This document shows, in pieces, positions 23,494 to 33,998 of a stretch of DNA of 64,000 bases. The stretch covers positions 372,001-436,000 of the forward strand of contig JAKMXF010000066.1 of the NCBI GenBank assembly GCA_024704765.1, in the 5' to 3' direction. The DNA comes from Oopsacas minuta. Its lineage: Eukaryota; Animalia; Porifera. The notes below the pieces were generated by a model. It saw only the letters and a program-made list of their open reading frames with translations. It made no database searches and was not told the DNA's origin. The position numbers were made by a program, and so were the translations under genes. The number at the start of each line of letters is the position of its first letter. The stretch's first letter is position 1.

Positions 23494-23962
23494 CAGTGAT
23501 TATACTGTCATAGCAGCTAAAATAATTATCTACGTGTACTGTTCATATAAAAATGTTAAGAAGCCGAATTATGAAATATTTAAACCATCCAAGTATACTT
23601 TTATGCTTTCTGCAAAATTCTACTAAAAATATCACATTCAGGATGGTTGAATTTCATACTTGCCAACCATACAGGAGAAAGGGAAAATGTTGGAATTTTC
23701 TGTCTTTTTCTCAAAAAGAGGTAAATACTTATATTATTTTCGTATTTAAGTAGATATCCAACTCCAGGGAATATTTTGAAAATCTAGGGGGATTTTGAGA
23801 AACTATCAAGGAAACAGTTACAAGGTGTTGTAAGTATGGAATTTGCATATTTGTCGCCATATTGGGTTTTACTGAAAAGTTTTCAAGCACGTAATTATAA
23901 ATACAAATATACATACTTACTACACATTAGCTACTAATTTTTTACTTCATGTAAATCTGTAT

Positions 23963-25591
23963 TCAATTTGCCAAGTTCTTCACTATTACTATATACTTTC
24001 TCATTGAATATTCTATCCATGATGATCCAAGCTCAAGTCTAGATTGCAATCCAGGATTCTTTGAATCAAATTCCCTCAAATATTCTAAATTATATTCAAA
24101 CATTTTATTATACTTGTTTGTGTCAACATCCCATCCTTTAAATGTAGATTTCATTTTGAAGTAATGTGGATATACCAGGTGAAGATAGTAGAGAATCAGG
24201 AGAGTTGATATGAAATTCTGAATATTTGAGTACATTTTAGTACCCAAAGATTTGGCTCCTTTATCGATCAATTCTTGATTTACGAGTTCTATAATTGAAA
24301 AGTCTTTTGTGGAAATTGCGAAATGTAAATCTTGTAATTTGAAGTAGTTTCTGTCATCTTTAAGCTTGATTAATTCCGTTAGTAATTCTTTCAAGGTTAT
24401 ACTCTTCTTTCTTAATACAGAGATTATTTCTTGTAAATCTGTCTGGTCGGTCTTGGAAGTTATTTCTAGATATTTCTTTCCCTTTTTAACATCTTTCTTA
24501 ACTGCTTCCCCACCCCAAAATATGTGTTCTACTTCTGACTTTTTCATACCGCGTCCGTTCCTTGCGCTAGTAAAAGTGGTTAACTCTTTACCGTTGATGG
24601 ATTCTGAAATATTAATGTCTAATGATAAACCATTAGTAACTGTGAGTTCGGGAAATTTAGGACTATAACTTGGAGATCTATGGCTATAGCTCGATGATAT
24701 AGGAGTATAGCTTGGCCTGCTTGGAGATGTAGGAGTATAGCTTGGAGAAGTAGGACTATAGCTTGGAAATCTTGGAGAAGTAGGACTATAGCTTGGAAAT
24801 CTTGGAGAAGTAGGACTATAGCTTGGAGAAGTAGGACTATAGCTTGGAGATGTAGGACTATAACTTGGAGAAGTAGGACTATAGCTTGGAGATGTAGGAG
24901 TATAACTTGGAGAAGTAGGAGTATAACTTGGAGAAGTAGGACTATAGCTTGGAGATGTAGGACTATAGCTTGGAGATGTAGGACTATAGCTTGGAGATGT
25001 AGGAGTATAACTTGGAGATGTAGGAGTATAACTTGGAGAAGTAGGAGTATAACTTGGAGAAGTAGGACTATAGCTTGGAGATGTAGGAGTATAACTTGGA
25101 GAAGTAGGAGTATAACTTGGAGAAGTAGGACTATAGCTTGGAGATGTAGGAGTATAACTTGGAGATGTAGGAGTATAACTTGGAGAAGTAGGAGTATAAC
25201 TTGGAGATGTAGGAGTATAACTTGGAGAAGTAGGAGTATAACTTGGAGATGTAGGAGTATAACTTGGAGATGTAGGAGTATAGCTTGGAGAAGTAGGACT
25301 ATAGCTTGGAGATGTAGGAGTATAACTTGGAGAAGTAGGACTATAGCTTGGAGATGTAGGAGTATAACATAGAGAAGTAGGACGATAGCTTGGAGATCTT
25401 GGGCTATAGCATGGGGAAGTAAGACATTGATCAAAGGAGGAAAATAGATAGCTTTTATGTAAAGCAAGTTGCTGCTCATATTCTTCAACATTCACATCTT
25501 CATCTCCTCCTAATCTTTCGTTATTATTCACGGTTACATCCACTTCTGATATTAAAGAGTCTACATCGTAATTTCGTGGTGTTTCTCCTCT
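23963..25591 (-). CDS. PARP4: PARP4 alternative last exon E: Pol II CTD-like heptads + divergent MVP-binding domain
   Basis: Acceptor TATTTTATTCTAG ends at 25592; the exon opens in phase 0 ([17 protein letters not shown]). C-terminus KGAKSLG...[11 protein letters not shown]...[14 protein letters not shown] matches the PARP4 C-terminal domain. Confidence 0.8.
   Translation of the reverse strand, partial: RGETPRNYDVDSLISEVDVTVNNNERLGGDEDVNVEEYEQQLALHKSYLFSSFDQCLTSPCYSPRSPSYRPTSLCYTPTSPSYSPTSPSYTPTSPSYSPTSPSYTPTSPSYTPTSPSYTPTSPSYTPTSPSYTPTSPSYTPTSPSYTPTSPSYSPTSPSYTPTSPSYTPTSPSYSPTSPSYTPTSPSYTPTSPSYTPTSPSYSPTSPSYSPTSPSYSPTSPSYTPTSPSYTPTSPSYSPTSPSYSPTSPSYSPTSPSYSPTSPRFPSYSPTSPRFPSYSPTSPSYTPTSPSRPSYTPISSSYSHRSPSYSPKFPELTVTNGLSLDINISESINGKELTTFTSARNGRGMKKSEVEHIFWGGEAVKKDVKKGKKYLEITSKTDQTDLQEIISVLRKKSITLKELLTELIKLKDDRNYFKLQDLHFAISTKDFSIIELVNQELIDKGAKSLGTKMYSNIQNFISTLLILYYLHLVYPHYFKMKSTFKGWDVDTNKYNKMFEYNLEYLREFDSKNPGLQSRLELGSSWIEYSMRKYIVIVKNLAN
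24646..25408 (-). repeat. Coding 21-bp tandem repeat: about 35 Y(S/T)PTSPS heptads including degenerate flanks
   Basis: Directly readable in the translation; about 27 consecutive perfect [14 protein letters not shown] units. Confidence 0.95.
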
Positions 25592-25820
25592 CTAGAATAA
25601 AATACATAAGTACAGCGTACTCCAAATAAGACGAACTGTACAAATGTCGACGGCCCTTGATGTATTATCGATTTCGACGATTATTACATATTATTTACTA
25701 TGCACAAATTTACTTTTACTTTCTAATACATGTATTACTTGAATCACACAGATATGGAACGTAATAGTCTGTAGAATAGGATACCAATGTAAATCTAGTA
25801 TCTAATAATTAATCAATAGT

Positions 25821-28319
25821 TCATGATGAGTAAGAAATTCGTCTTTCAGCATACTGCATCCAAGAGGTAGCAAGATCAAGTCTGGAAGAGAGGGAAGGAT
25901 TATGTTTATTGAAGGTACGTAGAAAGGAGAGAGCCTTATCTCCAGCTGGTTTCCATCTAGGAGGTATGATGGTCCAGGAGATGAAGGAGGGAGACATCTC
26001 GAAGCTCTTAGGATAGACAGTGTGTAGGAACATGAGTAGTAGCAGTGTAGGTATGAATTGTAGTAGCTTTTTGTATACTGATACTCCTAGTGACTTTACT
26101 CCACTCTCTTCTATCTCTGTTTCTATCTGTTCTGGAGACATAAGTAGAGAGGAATGTATTATACTCAGATTTGATATCTCCCAACTTCCTTCTTCACTCT
26201 GTAGAGAGAATACTTCTTCACAGAATTCATTCATGTCTGGTACTAATACGATCTGTTCAGTTTCCGAAGACTTTGGTTCTATGTCATCATATAGATCTTC
26301 ACAAAATTCATCCATCATTTTCTCACGTTCTTCGACAGTAAATAGACCTCCAATAGGTGATGATGAGCCAAAACATTTTCTATGTACGATAGACGGACCA
26401 CTGTAATAATCATCATCATCATCGTATCCGCATATGTCTTCAAGAAGCTCATAGGAGCCATAATTGGCCCCCTCTTCATATAAATCATCTAGCAAACCCA
26501 TTTCTATTTGAGGAGCGGGAGAAAGTGTAGGGAATATCTCATCTTCTTGCTTTGTGTAATGCAAAATAGCTTCCATTTCTGGAGCTGCAGGTGCTTGTGG
26601 GAGTGAGGGTAGGGGAATAATCTCTTTTTGTTTCTCTTCAGCTCTTGCATAAGACGACACATCTCCTTTAGCTACACCAAGACTTTTCAATTTATTTTTG
26701 AGTCGAGGCAATTTAGCTGTTTTGGTTTCTGACTTATCACTTCGATATTTTAGACTGGCATTTATTGATGAGACCGTTTGTATAGCTCCTTCATCTGCCA
26801 CGTTGCATTTGTCATCTCCTAAATTCTTTACCAAACTAAGGCTTGAACATGTATATGGTTCAGCTAGTAGTAAATCCAATTCCATTAGAGGGGCTGAACG
26901 AGCTTGTGGAGCCGTGGGTAGGGAAAGAATCTCCTCTTGCTTTCCAGCTCTTTCAAGATCAGATTTGTATACATCCTTTTTTCTAGCCAAAACATTCTTT
27001 TTTGTAAATTGAGATGCTGATGAGATCATTTGTAGACTTATTTCATCTGCCTCGTCCAATTTGTTTTCTTCTAATGCCTTTAAAATTGCTCCTTCAACTC
27101 CCTCCTCGTTATCAGGATAAATCCAGTCTTCAGAACTACCACGTGTTCCTTTAGAACTGTACGGCACAGCCTCGGAAATCATTATCTCAATTTCCCTCTC
27201 ATCCAATGATTCCAATCTATTAAGCATAGCAGGTGCAGCTGCAGAAACAGGAGGAGAACCATTAATATCTTCAATGAGGGAATCGTCCACTTCATTTCTT
27301 GGTGCATAGTCTGATCCTGATCCATTAATTTCACCAATGAGAGACTCATCCATTCCATATGAACCTGCAGACTGTCTCCTCATGATGGGTTTGTATCCAC
27401 CAACATCATCGAATAAATCATATCCCATTTCATTATCTGATTCGGCTGTTGCATCATAGTCGGATAACTGTGTCGTATCCTCTAAGGAATGAATGCATGC
27501 ATATATTTCACGTTTAGGTTGTATAATTGTACCTACAGAACCCGTATTGAAACGTCCCGAGTAATCTCCGCCCCATCCTCCTCCGTCTAAATCTTTAAAT
27601 AATGGTCCTTGTGAAACTGGCATATCATATGTGAGACATTTTCTCAACATGGTTTCATCATTATATTCATTTAGAGGTGATTCTATAAAGGCAGGATCTA
27701 TTGGTTCAGCTAGGGAACTCTCGGAGGAGGAGGAAGGTATCATTGCACACATTCCACTAACAAAATATTCTGATGATGATTTCGTTCTAGTTACTACTTC
27801 TTTAGTTATAGGTTGTCTAACTGTAGGTTCAAGAGGGTTCTTGAGTGTTAGGATTCCTCTCTTGCTCATAGCTTCATCTCCTACGTATTTGTCCTTCTGT
27901 CCCATACCTACCATAACTCCCATGTGTCTAGGTCTACCTACAACAGGAGGGAACAGAGCTCTAGGTGTATCGTCTCCAGAGAAACCAGCTCCTATCTTCC
28001 ATCCACCTATATCTATAACGATAGGACAAGTCTCATCGTCTGAAGAGTCTGGAGAGGAACAAGATTGATGAGTGGAGAGGAACTGATTGAGTATAACTGA
28101 TTGTAAGGGTGTTATGGGGAGAGAAGTGGTGGAGAGTTGTTGATTAAGTTGATTGATTTGTGAGAGAGTATTGTCAGCATCAGTTGATAGATCTACCTTG
28201 ACTAGTGAAGAATTAGTTTGATATATTAGTTCAGCAGCTTGCATATACAGATGTCGTTGTATGTAATCTTGTATTGAGGATAGAGTCAGTTCCAACCTCA
28301 AAGGATTCCAGGGATACAC
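25821..28319 (-). CDS. PARP4: PARP4 alternative last exon D: actin fragment, ubiquitin-like and P-stalk-like motifs, degenerate SNARE, MVP-binding domain
   Basis: Acceptor TTTTCCTTCAG ends at 28320; phase 0 (VYPWNP...); no upstream in-frame ATG. Ends [10 protein letters not shown]...GVKSLG...[13 protein letters not shown]. Confidence 0.85.
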   Translation of the reverse strand: MYPWNPLRLELTLSSIQDYIQRHLYMQAAELIYQTNSSLVKVDLSTDADNTLSQINQLNQQLSTTSLPITPLQSVILNQFLSTHQSCSSPDSSDDETCPIVIDIGGWKIGAGFSGDDTPRALFPPVVGRPRHMGVMVGMGQKDKYVGDEAMSKRGILTLKNPLEPTVRQPITKEVVTRTKSSSEYFVSGMCAMIPSSSSESSLAEPIDPAFIESPLNEYNDETMLRKCLTYDMPVSQGPLFKDLDGGGWGGDYSGRFNTGSVGTIIQPKREIYACIHSLEDTTQLSDYDATAESDNEMGYDLFDDVGGYKPIMRRQSAGSYGMDESLIGEINGSGSDYAPRNEVDDSLIEDINGSPPVSAAAPAMLNRLESLDEREIEIMISEAVPYSSKGTRGSSEDWIYPDNEEGVEGAILKALEENKLDEADEISLQMISSASQFTKKNVLARKKDVYKSDLERAGKQEEILSLPTAPQARSAPLMELDLLLAEPYTCSSLSLVKNLGDDKCNVADEGAIQTVSSINASLKYRSDKSETKTAKLPRLKNKLKSLGVAKGDVSSYARAEEKQKEIIPLPSLPQAPAAPEMEAILHYTKQEDEIFPTLSPAPQIEMGLLDDLYEEGANYGSYELLEDICGYDDDDDYYSGPSIVHRKCFGSSSPIGGLFTVEEREKMMDEFCEDLYDDIEPKSSETEQIVLVPDMNEFCEEVFSLQSEEGSWEISNLSIIHSSLLMSPEQIETEIEESGVKSLGVSVYKKLLQFIPTLLLLMFLHTVYPKSFEMSPSFISWTIIPPRWKPAGDKALSFLRTFNKHNPSLSSRLDLATSWMQYAERRISYSS

Positions 28320-28756
28320 CTGAAGGAAAACCTTTTAATATGTGTGAACTTATAATTAATACTACGTAATGTTATTTGTACTAAATTTTTATGAAACAGC
28401 TGCAGTTCTCCCTTAAATATACGTAAATGGATGCTAATTTCATTAATTGGGCGCAAAGCCATGTGATCTGTACAGTTGGTAGCTAATTGATCTTACAACA
28501 TTTTCCATTCATTATTTTCACTGTTACCCGTGTTAGGAGGGATTGACTGGATAAATAAACGGAAAGTATTTAGAAAACAAGTCAACAGTATTACTTCTAT
28601 ATTTATATTCCACACACATACACAGTTACACACCAAGTCTTACTCCTCACTAATTGAGGATCTTTCATAGTCCAAATTTCTAATAAAGGCATGCTATCTA
28701 TATCTAATATTCTAAAGATCGAGTTTGTTCATACTAAAAGGAAACTATAGAGAGAT

Positions 28757-31069
28757 TTAAATGTTAGGAACTTTGATTCGTTTTTCAGCATACTGCATCC
28801 AAGAGGTAGCAAGATCAAGTCTGGAAGAGAGGGAAGGATTCTGTTTATTGAAGGTACGTAGAAAGGAGAGAGCCTTATCTCCAGCTGGTTTCCATCTAGG
28901 AGGTATGATGGTCCAGGAGATGAAGGAGGGAGACATCTCGAAGCTCTTAGGATAGACAGTGTGTAGGAACATGAATAGTATCAATGTAGGTATGAATTGT
29001 AGTAGCTTTTTGTATACTGATACTCCTAGTGACTTTACTCCACTCTCTTCTATCTCTGTTTCTATTTGTTCTGGAGACATAAGTAGAAAGGAATGTATTA
29101 TACTCAGATTTGATATCTCCCAACTTCCTTCTTCACTCTGTAGGGAGAATATTTCTTCACTTATTGTGTCTATATCCGGTGGTTCTACCAATTCTTGCTC
29201 TGATTTATATTCATCTAGATCATTTGAACTTGTTTTTGAGGAACTTCTCCGATGATATCTAACCTGTTCATCGTGACGTGTATCACAAAATCTAGCACTG
29301 CCCGATTCGAAATGAATCGATTCCTTTTTCTGATTCTTGCTTCCCTTATCCGTTCTTCTCATCATGTTTATTGAAGACCTAGATATTCTATTTTGATTCT
29401 CTTGCATTTGCGGCATTGCGTTATCAAATAATTGAGAACAGCCAGCTGATCTAATATCACTACTACTGGGTGGATCTAGTCCTAAGTAGGAGTGACTATC
29501 CTTCTCAAAAAGCTGTATTTTTCCACTTTGAGGGTGAGACTCTTCCTTAATGTTTGAATCAGAATAATTTTTTTGGGGAATGATCATTGAACCATGTAAC
29601 TTTGTTGAAACAGCTTGAGGAGGGGGAAGAGGAGCAAGAGCAGATTTAGAATATGGCTTGCTTGCACTTTGAACAGCTCCAGGGGGAGGAGCAATAGAAG
29701 GAGGTCCATGCACCTTCCCTCTGGGAGCAGCTCTAGTAGCCACACGAAGGGGAGGGGGAGCAATGGAAAGCGATCCATGTACCTTGCCCCCTCTTTTTAC
29801 AGGAGGAGGAGGAGGAGCATATTTCGATAGTAAAATACCAGAACTATCTAATTCATTGTCCATATCAGATATTTCAATTTTTTTTAGTAGCATTCCTTTT
29901 CGAATACTTGGTAACAATTTATCTCTAGAGCCTAATGGCGCTGTCGCCATTGATGTTGGTTCTGGAGGGATGTAAATCTTAGCTGATCCATGTTTGCCAG
30001 TTTTCAGAACTTGATGCGAAGAAGGTGACTTAGTACTATCAGTCATCATTTTGTCAAGAAGTCTTTGAGTTTCTTCATCTAGATCATCTTGTTTTGGCTC
30101 TTCGTAACTCTTAAATCCTAAACTAGTAGAATATTCAGTTTTCAATTCAGAAGAATAAGCGGATGCATCTTCATCAGAATCATCTCCAAACAAACCTCCA
30201 AAATCTTCGGGAGATGATAACTGAAATTTAGAAGTATTTTCTTTAGGAATTTCGCTGATGCTCAATGCATGCTTAGTAGAAGGTTTACTCGTATATTCAC
30301 ACTCACCATAATCAGCATCACCATCATCAAATAACCCAAATACCATAGAATCATAGTCATCCTCAGATTCATCATCTTTGGTATATGTAACAGCTGAAGT
30401 AGGAGGTGTAACAACAGCTGTAGTAGGTCTTATTATTGTCTTTTGCTTTCTCCTTTTATGTGGTATATGTGGTATTATAGGTTTGTCTGAATATTCAAAA
30501 TCGTCGAATAGATCAAACCCCATATCATCATCATCATCATCAGATCCTCCACCACCCCAACCATAGGATATCTGTGCCTTTGAATCTATAGCTTTACCAC
30601 GTACTGGACTTGGAGCTCTTTTAGTTATAGGTTGTCTAACTGTAGACTCAAAAGGTTTCTTGATTGTTAGGATTCCTCTCTTGCTCATAGCTTCATCTCC
30701 TACGTATTTGTCCTTCTGTCCCATACCTACCATAACTCCCATGTATCTAGGTCTACCTACAACAGGAGGGAACAGAGCTCTAGGTGCATCGTCTCCAGAG
30801 AAACCAGCTCCTATCTTCCATCCGCCTATATCTATAACGATAGGACATGTCTCATCATCTGTAGTGATTTGTAATTGTTTTTTGAACTGATTAATCTGTG
30901 AGAGATACTCACAAGCTTCTACAGAGAGTTGTGTTGAGTTAGAATCTAGAGCTAGTGTAGAGTTAGTTTGTTGTATAAGATTAGCAGCTTGTATGTGCAG
31001 ATGTTGTTCTATGTTAGCTTTCACTGAGGATAGAGTCAGTTCCAATCTCAACAAATTCCAGGGCTCCAC
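28757..31069 (-). CDS. PARP4: PARP4 alternative last exon C: actin fragment, P-stalk-like motifs, WH2/poly-Pro, eS30-like repeats, MVP-binding domain
   Basis: Acceptor ATCTCCTTCAG ends at 31070; phase 0 (VEPWNL...); same C-terminal domain as A, B and D. Confidence 0.85.
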   Translation of the reverse strand: MEPWNLLRLELTLSSVKANIEQHLHIQAANLIQQTNSTLALDSNSTQLSVEACEYLSQINQFKKQLQITTDDETCPIVIDIGGWKIGAGFSGDDAPRALFPPVVGRPRYMGVMVGMGQKDKYVGDEAMSKRGILTIKKPFESTVRQPITKRAPSPVRGKAIDSKAQISYGWGGGGSDDDDDDMGFDLFDDFEYSDKPIIPHIPHKRRKQKTIIRPTTAVVTPPTSAVTYTKDDESEDDYDSMVFGLFDDGDADYGECEYTSKPSTKHALSISEIPKENTSKFQLSSPEDFGGLFGDDSDEDASAYSSELKTEYSTSLGFKSYEEPKQDDLDEETQRLLDKMMTDSTKSPSSHQVLKTGKHGSAKIYIPPEPTSMATAPLGSRDKLLPSIRKGMLLKKIEISDMDNELDSSGILLSKYAPPPPPVKRGGKVHGSLSIAPPPLRVATRAAPRGKVHGPPSIAPPPGAVQSASKPYSKSALAPLPPPQAVSTKLHGSMIIPQKNYSDSNIKEESHPQSGKIQLFEKDSHSYLGLDPPSSSDIRSAGCSQLFDNAMPQMQENQNRISRSSINMMRRTDKGSKNQKKESIHFESGSARFCDTRHDEQVRYHRRSSSKTSSNDLDEYKSEQELVEPPDIDTISEEIFSLQSEEGSWEISNLSIIHSFLLMSPEQIETEIEESGVKSLGVSVYKKLLQFIPTLILFMFLHTVYPKSFEMSPSFISWTIIPPRWKPAGDKALSFLRTFNKQNPSLSSRLDLATSWMQYAEKRIKVPNI

Positions 31070-31416
31070 CTGAAGGAGATACCACCTGTAACAATTTAGT
31101 TTTGAGGTATTTATCATATACATTTAATGATTTACAAAACATTACATTTTATTTTACTGATATACTTGCAGAACTACAGTTACCCCCAACTATGATAAAT
31201 GACGAATGTGTTCTAATTGTGGCTTAATTATTTCTGATATTTATACCGTATTTATATAGAGAGATGTTTAATCTAGGAAAACTGAACATACATAAATATA
31301 TACAACAACTTATTGTTTTTCATCTTGCGTAAATATGCTAAACTAGAACAAACAAATAACTAAATGAGTCATTTAGGATTTCTGGGTAGAAAAGATATGG
31401 TTAATAACTCAATGAA

Positions 31417-33729
31417 TCAAATTGCAACTTTGATTCGTTTTTCAGCATACTGCATCCAAGAAGTAGCAAGATCAAGTCTGGAAGAGAGAGAAGGATTCTG
31501 TTTATTGAAGGTACGTAGAAAGGAGAGAGCCTTATCTCCAGCTGGTTTCCATCTAGGAGGTATGATGGTCCAGGAGATGAAGGAGGGAGACATCTCGAAG
31601 CTCTTAGGATAGACAGTGTGTAGGAACATGAATAGTATCAATGTAGGTATGAATTGTAGTAGCTTTTTGTATACTGATACTCCTAGTGACTTTACTCCAC
31701 TCTCTTCTATCTCTGTTTCTATTTGTTCTGGAGACATAAGTAGAAAGGAATGTATTATACTCAGATTTGATATCTCCCAACTTCCTTCTTCACTCTGTAG
31801 GAAGAATATTTCTTCACTTATCTTGTCTATATCCGGTGGTTCTACCAATTCTAGCTCTGATTTATAATCATCTAGATCCAGAGACTCATCTGAGCTGCTA
31901 TCGCTATCTGGCTCTTCTATCCCATCATCTATCATGTTAAGCAGATGTCCAACTTTAAACAACTTACTTTGATTCTGTAACTGATCAGCACGTTCCTCTA
32001 ATTGATCCAGCATACAACCTCTTTTGAGAACAGAATGCAAATTTAACCTAGTTTGAGCCTGAACTTTGAATAGTTCATCTTCCATATCTTTCTTTTCTGA
32101 AACTTCCATTCTTGCCTTGCGTTTTCGCTCTTTGGGTTTGGGTGCTGAGGATCCACCTGCAGCATGACCTTCCATGCTATCGAACCCTTGAAATAGTTGT
32201 GCGGCCTGCATCTGGGGTGGAGGAGAAGAGCTTTTCTGAAGTAGATTCAAAGAACGACGTTGGTTGGTGACTTGTAACTTTAATGCTGTCAATCCACCAG
32301 GAGGAGAAAGACGAGCCTTACTGGCACCTGGTGGACGCGGTAGGGAGAATTTAGTTCGAGATGTCTCAGATAATTTGGGGGAATGCCTATATTCAGAACT
32401 CAACTCCGAAATAGTGTCTACTATTCGTTCTCTGGATTCTATTGAATCGAGACACACAGTCTGTTTTTTCATTTCCTTATCTACTGATTGAACTTCCTTT
32501 TTCAGAGACTTTGTAACTCCACCACCAATACTTCTAAACGGTTCCATAAACGTAAAGCCACTGAAATCTATTTCGTTCTCTTTTGATTCCTCCATGGTAA
32601 TTTCCCTAACGAGATTGCCGGGAACAACTCTCTCCCTCTCCCTCTCCCTCTCCCTCTCCCTTTCCCTCCCCCTATCCCTACGAACAGCATTAGAACTTCC
32701 AAAAGAACTTAATTCATCTAATAATATTTCATCATCTTCAGGTAAAGGTATACTAATTGCTTTAGTAAATTCTTCGTCAAAATTGCGTAACAATTCTTTA
32801 TCAATTGTTACTTCGGGAGGAAGTAGAGCTGGCATTTCTAACTCTTGTTGTTTTTGTGTGGTAGCTGGGGTAATATACGTTGAATACAAGTCATGCTTTG
32901 AAGCAAGGAAATCTTTATAAGCCTTTGCTCCATCTCCACCATCTGCATCGAAAAAGGCTGACCTATCTTCATCCGATCCCCCTCCTCCATCTGCTTCTTC
33001 TATGAATGCGAATTGTCCTTGTAAATCTGGCATATTTGTGAGACATTTTCTCAACATGATTTCATCATTATATTCTTTTAGAGGTGATTCTATAAATGCA
33101 GGATCTATTGGTTCAGCTGGGAAACTCTCGGAGGAGGAGGAGGAAGGTATCATTGCACACATTCCACCTCCAAAATATTCTGATGATGGTTTCATTGTAG
33201 TTACTACTTCTTTAGTTATAGGTTGTCTAACTGTAGGTTCAAGAGGGTTCTTGAGTGTTAGGATTCCTCTCTTACTCATAGCTTCATCTCCTACGTATTT
33301 GTCTTTCTGTCCCATACCTACCATAACTCCCATGTGTCTAGGTCTACCTACAACAGGAGGGAACAGAACTCTAGGTGCATCGTCTCCAGAGAAACCAGCT
33401 CCTATCTTCCATCCACCTATATCTATAACGATAGGACAAGTCTCATCGTCTGAAGAGTCTGGAGAGGAACAAGATTGATGAGTGGAGAGGAACTGATTAA
33501 GTATAACTGATTGTAAGGGTGTTATGGGGAGAGAAGTGGTAGAGAGTTGTTGATTAAGTTGATTGATTTGTGAGAGAGTATTGTCAGCATTAGTTGATAG
33601 ATCTACCTTGACTAGTGAAGAGTTAGTTTGATATATTAGTTCAGCAGCTTGCATATACAGATGTCGTTGTATGTAATCTTGTATTGAGGATAGAGTCAGT
33701 TCCAACCTCAAAGGATTCCAGGGGTACAC
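31417..33729 (-). CDS. PARP4: PARP4 alternative last exon B: actin fragment, AGC-kinase-tail motifs, R-SNARE motif, MVP-binding domain
   Basis: Acceptor ATCTCCTTCAG ends at 33730; phase 0 (VYPWNP...); same C-terminal domain. Confidence 0.85.
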   Translation of the reverse strand: MYPWNPLRLELTLSSIQDYIQRHLYMQAAELIYQTNSSLVKVDLSTNADNTLSQINQLNQQLSTTSLPITPLQSVILNQFLSTHQSCSSPDSSDDETCPIVIDIGGWKIGAGFSGDDAPRVLFPPVVGRPRHMGVMVGMGQKDKYVGDEAMSKRGILTLKNPLEPTVRQPITKEVVTTMKPSSEYFGGGMCAMIPSSSSSESFPAEPIDPAFIESPLKEYNDEIMLRKCLTNMPDLQGQFAFIEEADGGGGSDEDRSAFFDADGGDGAKAYKDFLASKHDLYSTYITPATTQKQQELEMPALLPPEVTIDKELLRNFDEEFTKAISIPLPEDDEILLDELSSFGSSNAVRRDRGRERERERERERERVVPGNLVREITMEESKENEIDFSGFTFMEPFRSIGGGVTKSLKKEVQSVDKEMKKQTVCLDSIESRERIVDTISELSSEYRHSPKLSETSRTKFSLPRPPGASKARLSPPGGLTALKLQVTNQRRSLNLLQKSSSPPPQMQAAQLFQGFDSMEGHAAGGSSAPKPKERKRKARMEVSEKKDMEDELFKVQAQTRLNLHSVLKRGCMLDQLEERADQLQNQSKLFKVGHLLNMIDDGIEEPDSDSSSDESLDLDDYKSELELVEPPDIDKISEEIFFLQSEEGSWEISNLSIIHSFLLMSPEQIETEIEESGVKSLGVSVYKKLLQFIPTLILFMFLHTVYPKSFEMSPSFISWTIIPPRWKPAGDKALSFLRTFNKQNPSLSSRLDLATSWMQYAEKRIKVAI

Positions 33730-33998
33730 CTGAAGGAGATACCACCTGTAACTATTTGGTTTATATTGAGCATTGTGATCATCAAGAATATTAATTAATC
33801 TCCAATTTATTGAGCTAATTTGTGCACGCACACATAATCACTTCATGTATATTAAGTTTGCTAACTTTTTAACAATTTCTGATAAATATACATCCTAAGA
33901 AGTTTATTTATCAACAAAAATGTCTCTAATGAAACAGAAATTTAGCTAAATATATGTGCATGCATTCTAATTCTGATTTCTACTCATGCATTCAAGCA

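Noticed and set aside
24619-25491. 290-aa Leu/Gln-rich ORF (LLLQVIL repeats)
   Set aside because: It is an alternative-frame shadow of the 21-bp heptad repeat.
23963-25543. Calling this ORF RPB1
   Set aside because: No polymerase domains are present, and the heptads are followed by a PARP4-type C-terminal domain.
25544-25591. [12 protein letters not shown] resembling keratin or PP1 N-terminal motifs
   Set aside because: Too short and ambiguous between unrelated families.
25821-33831. Calling ORFs B, C and D actin genes or actin pseudogenes
   Set aside because: Only ~70 actin residues sit in long intact frames that begin at splice acceptors and end in the PARP4 C-terminal domain.
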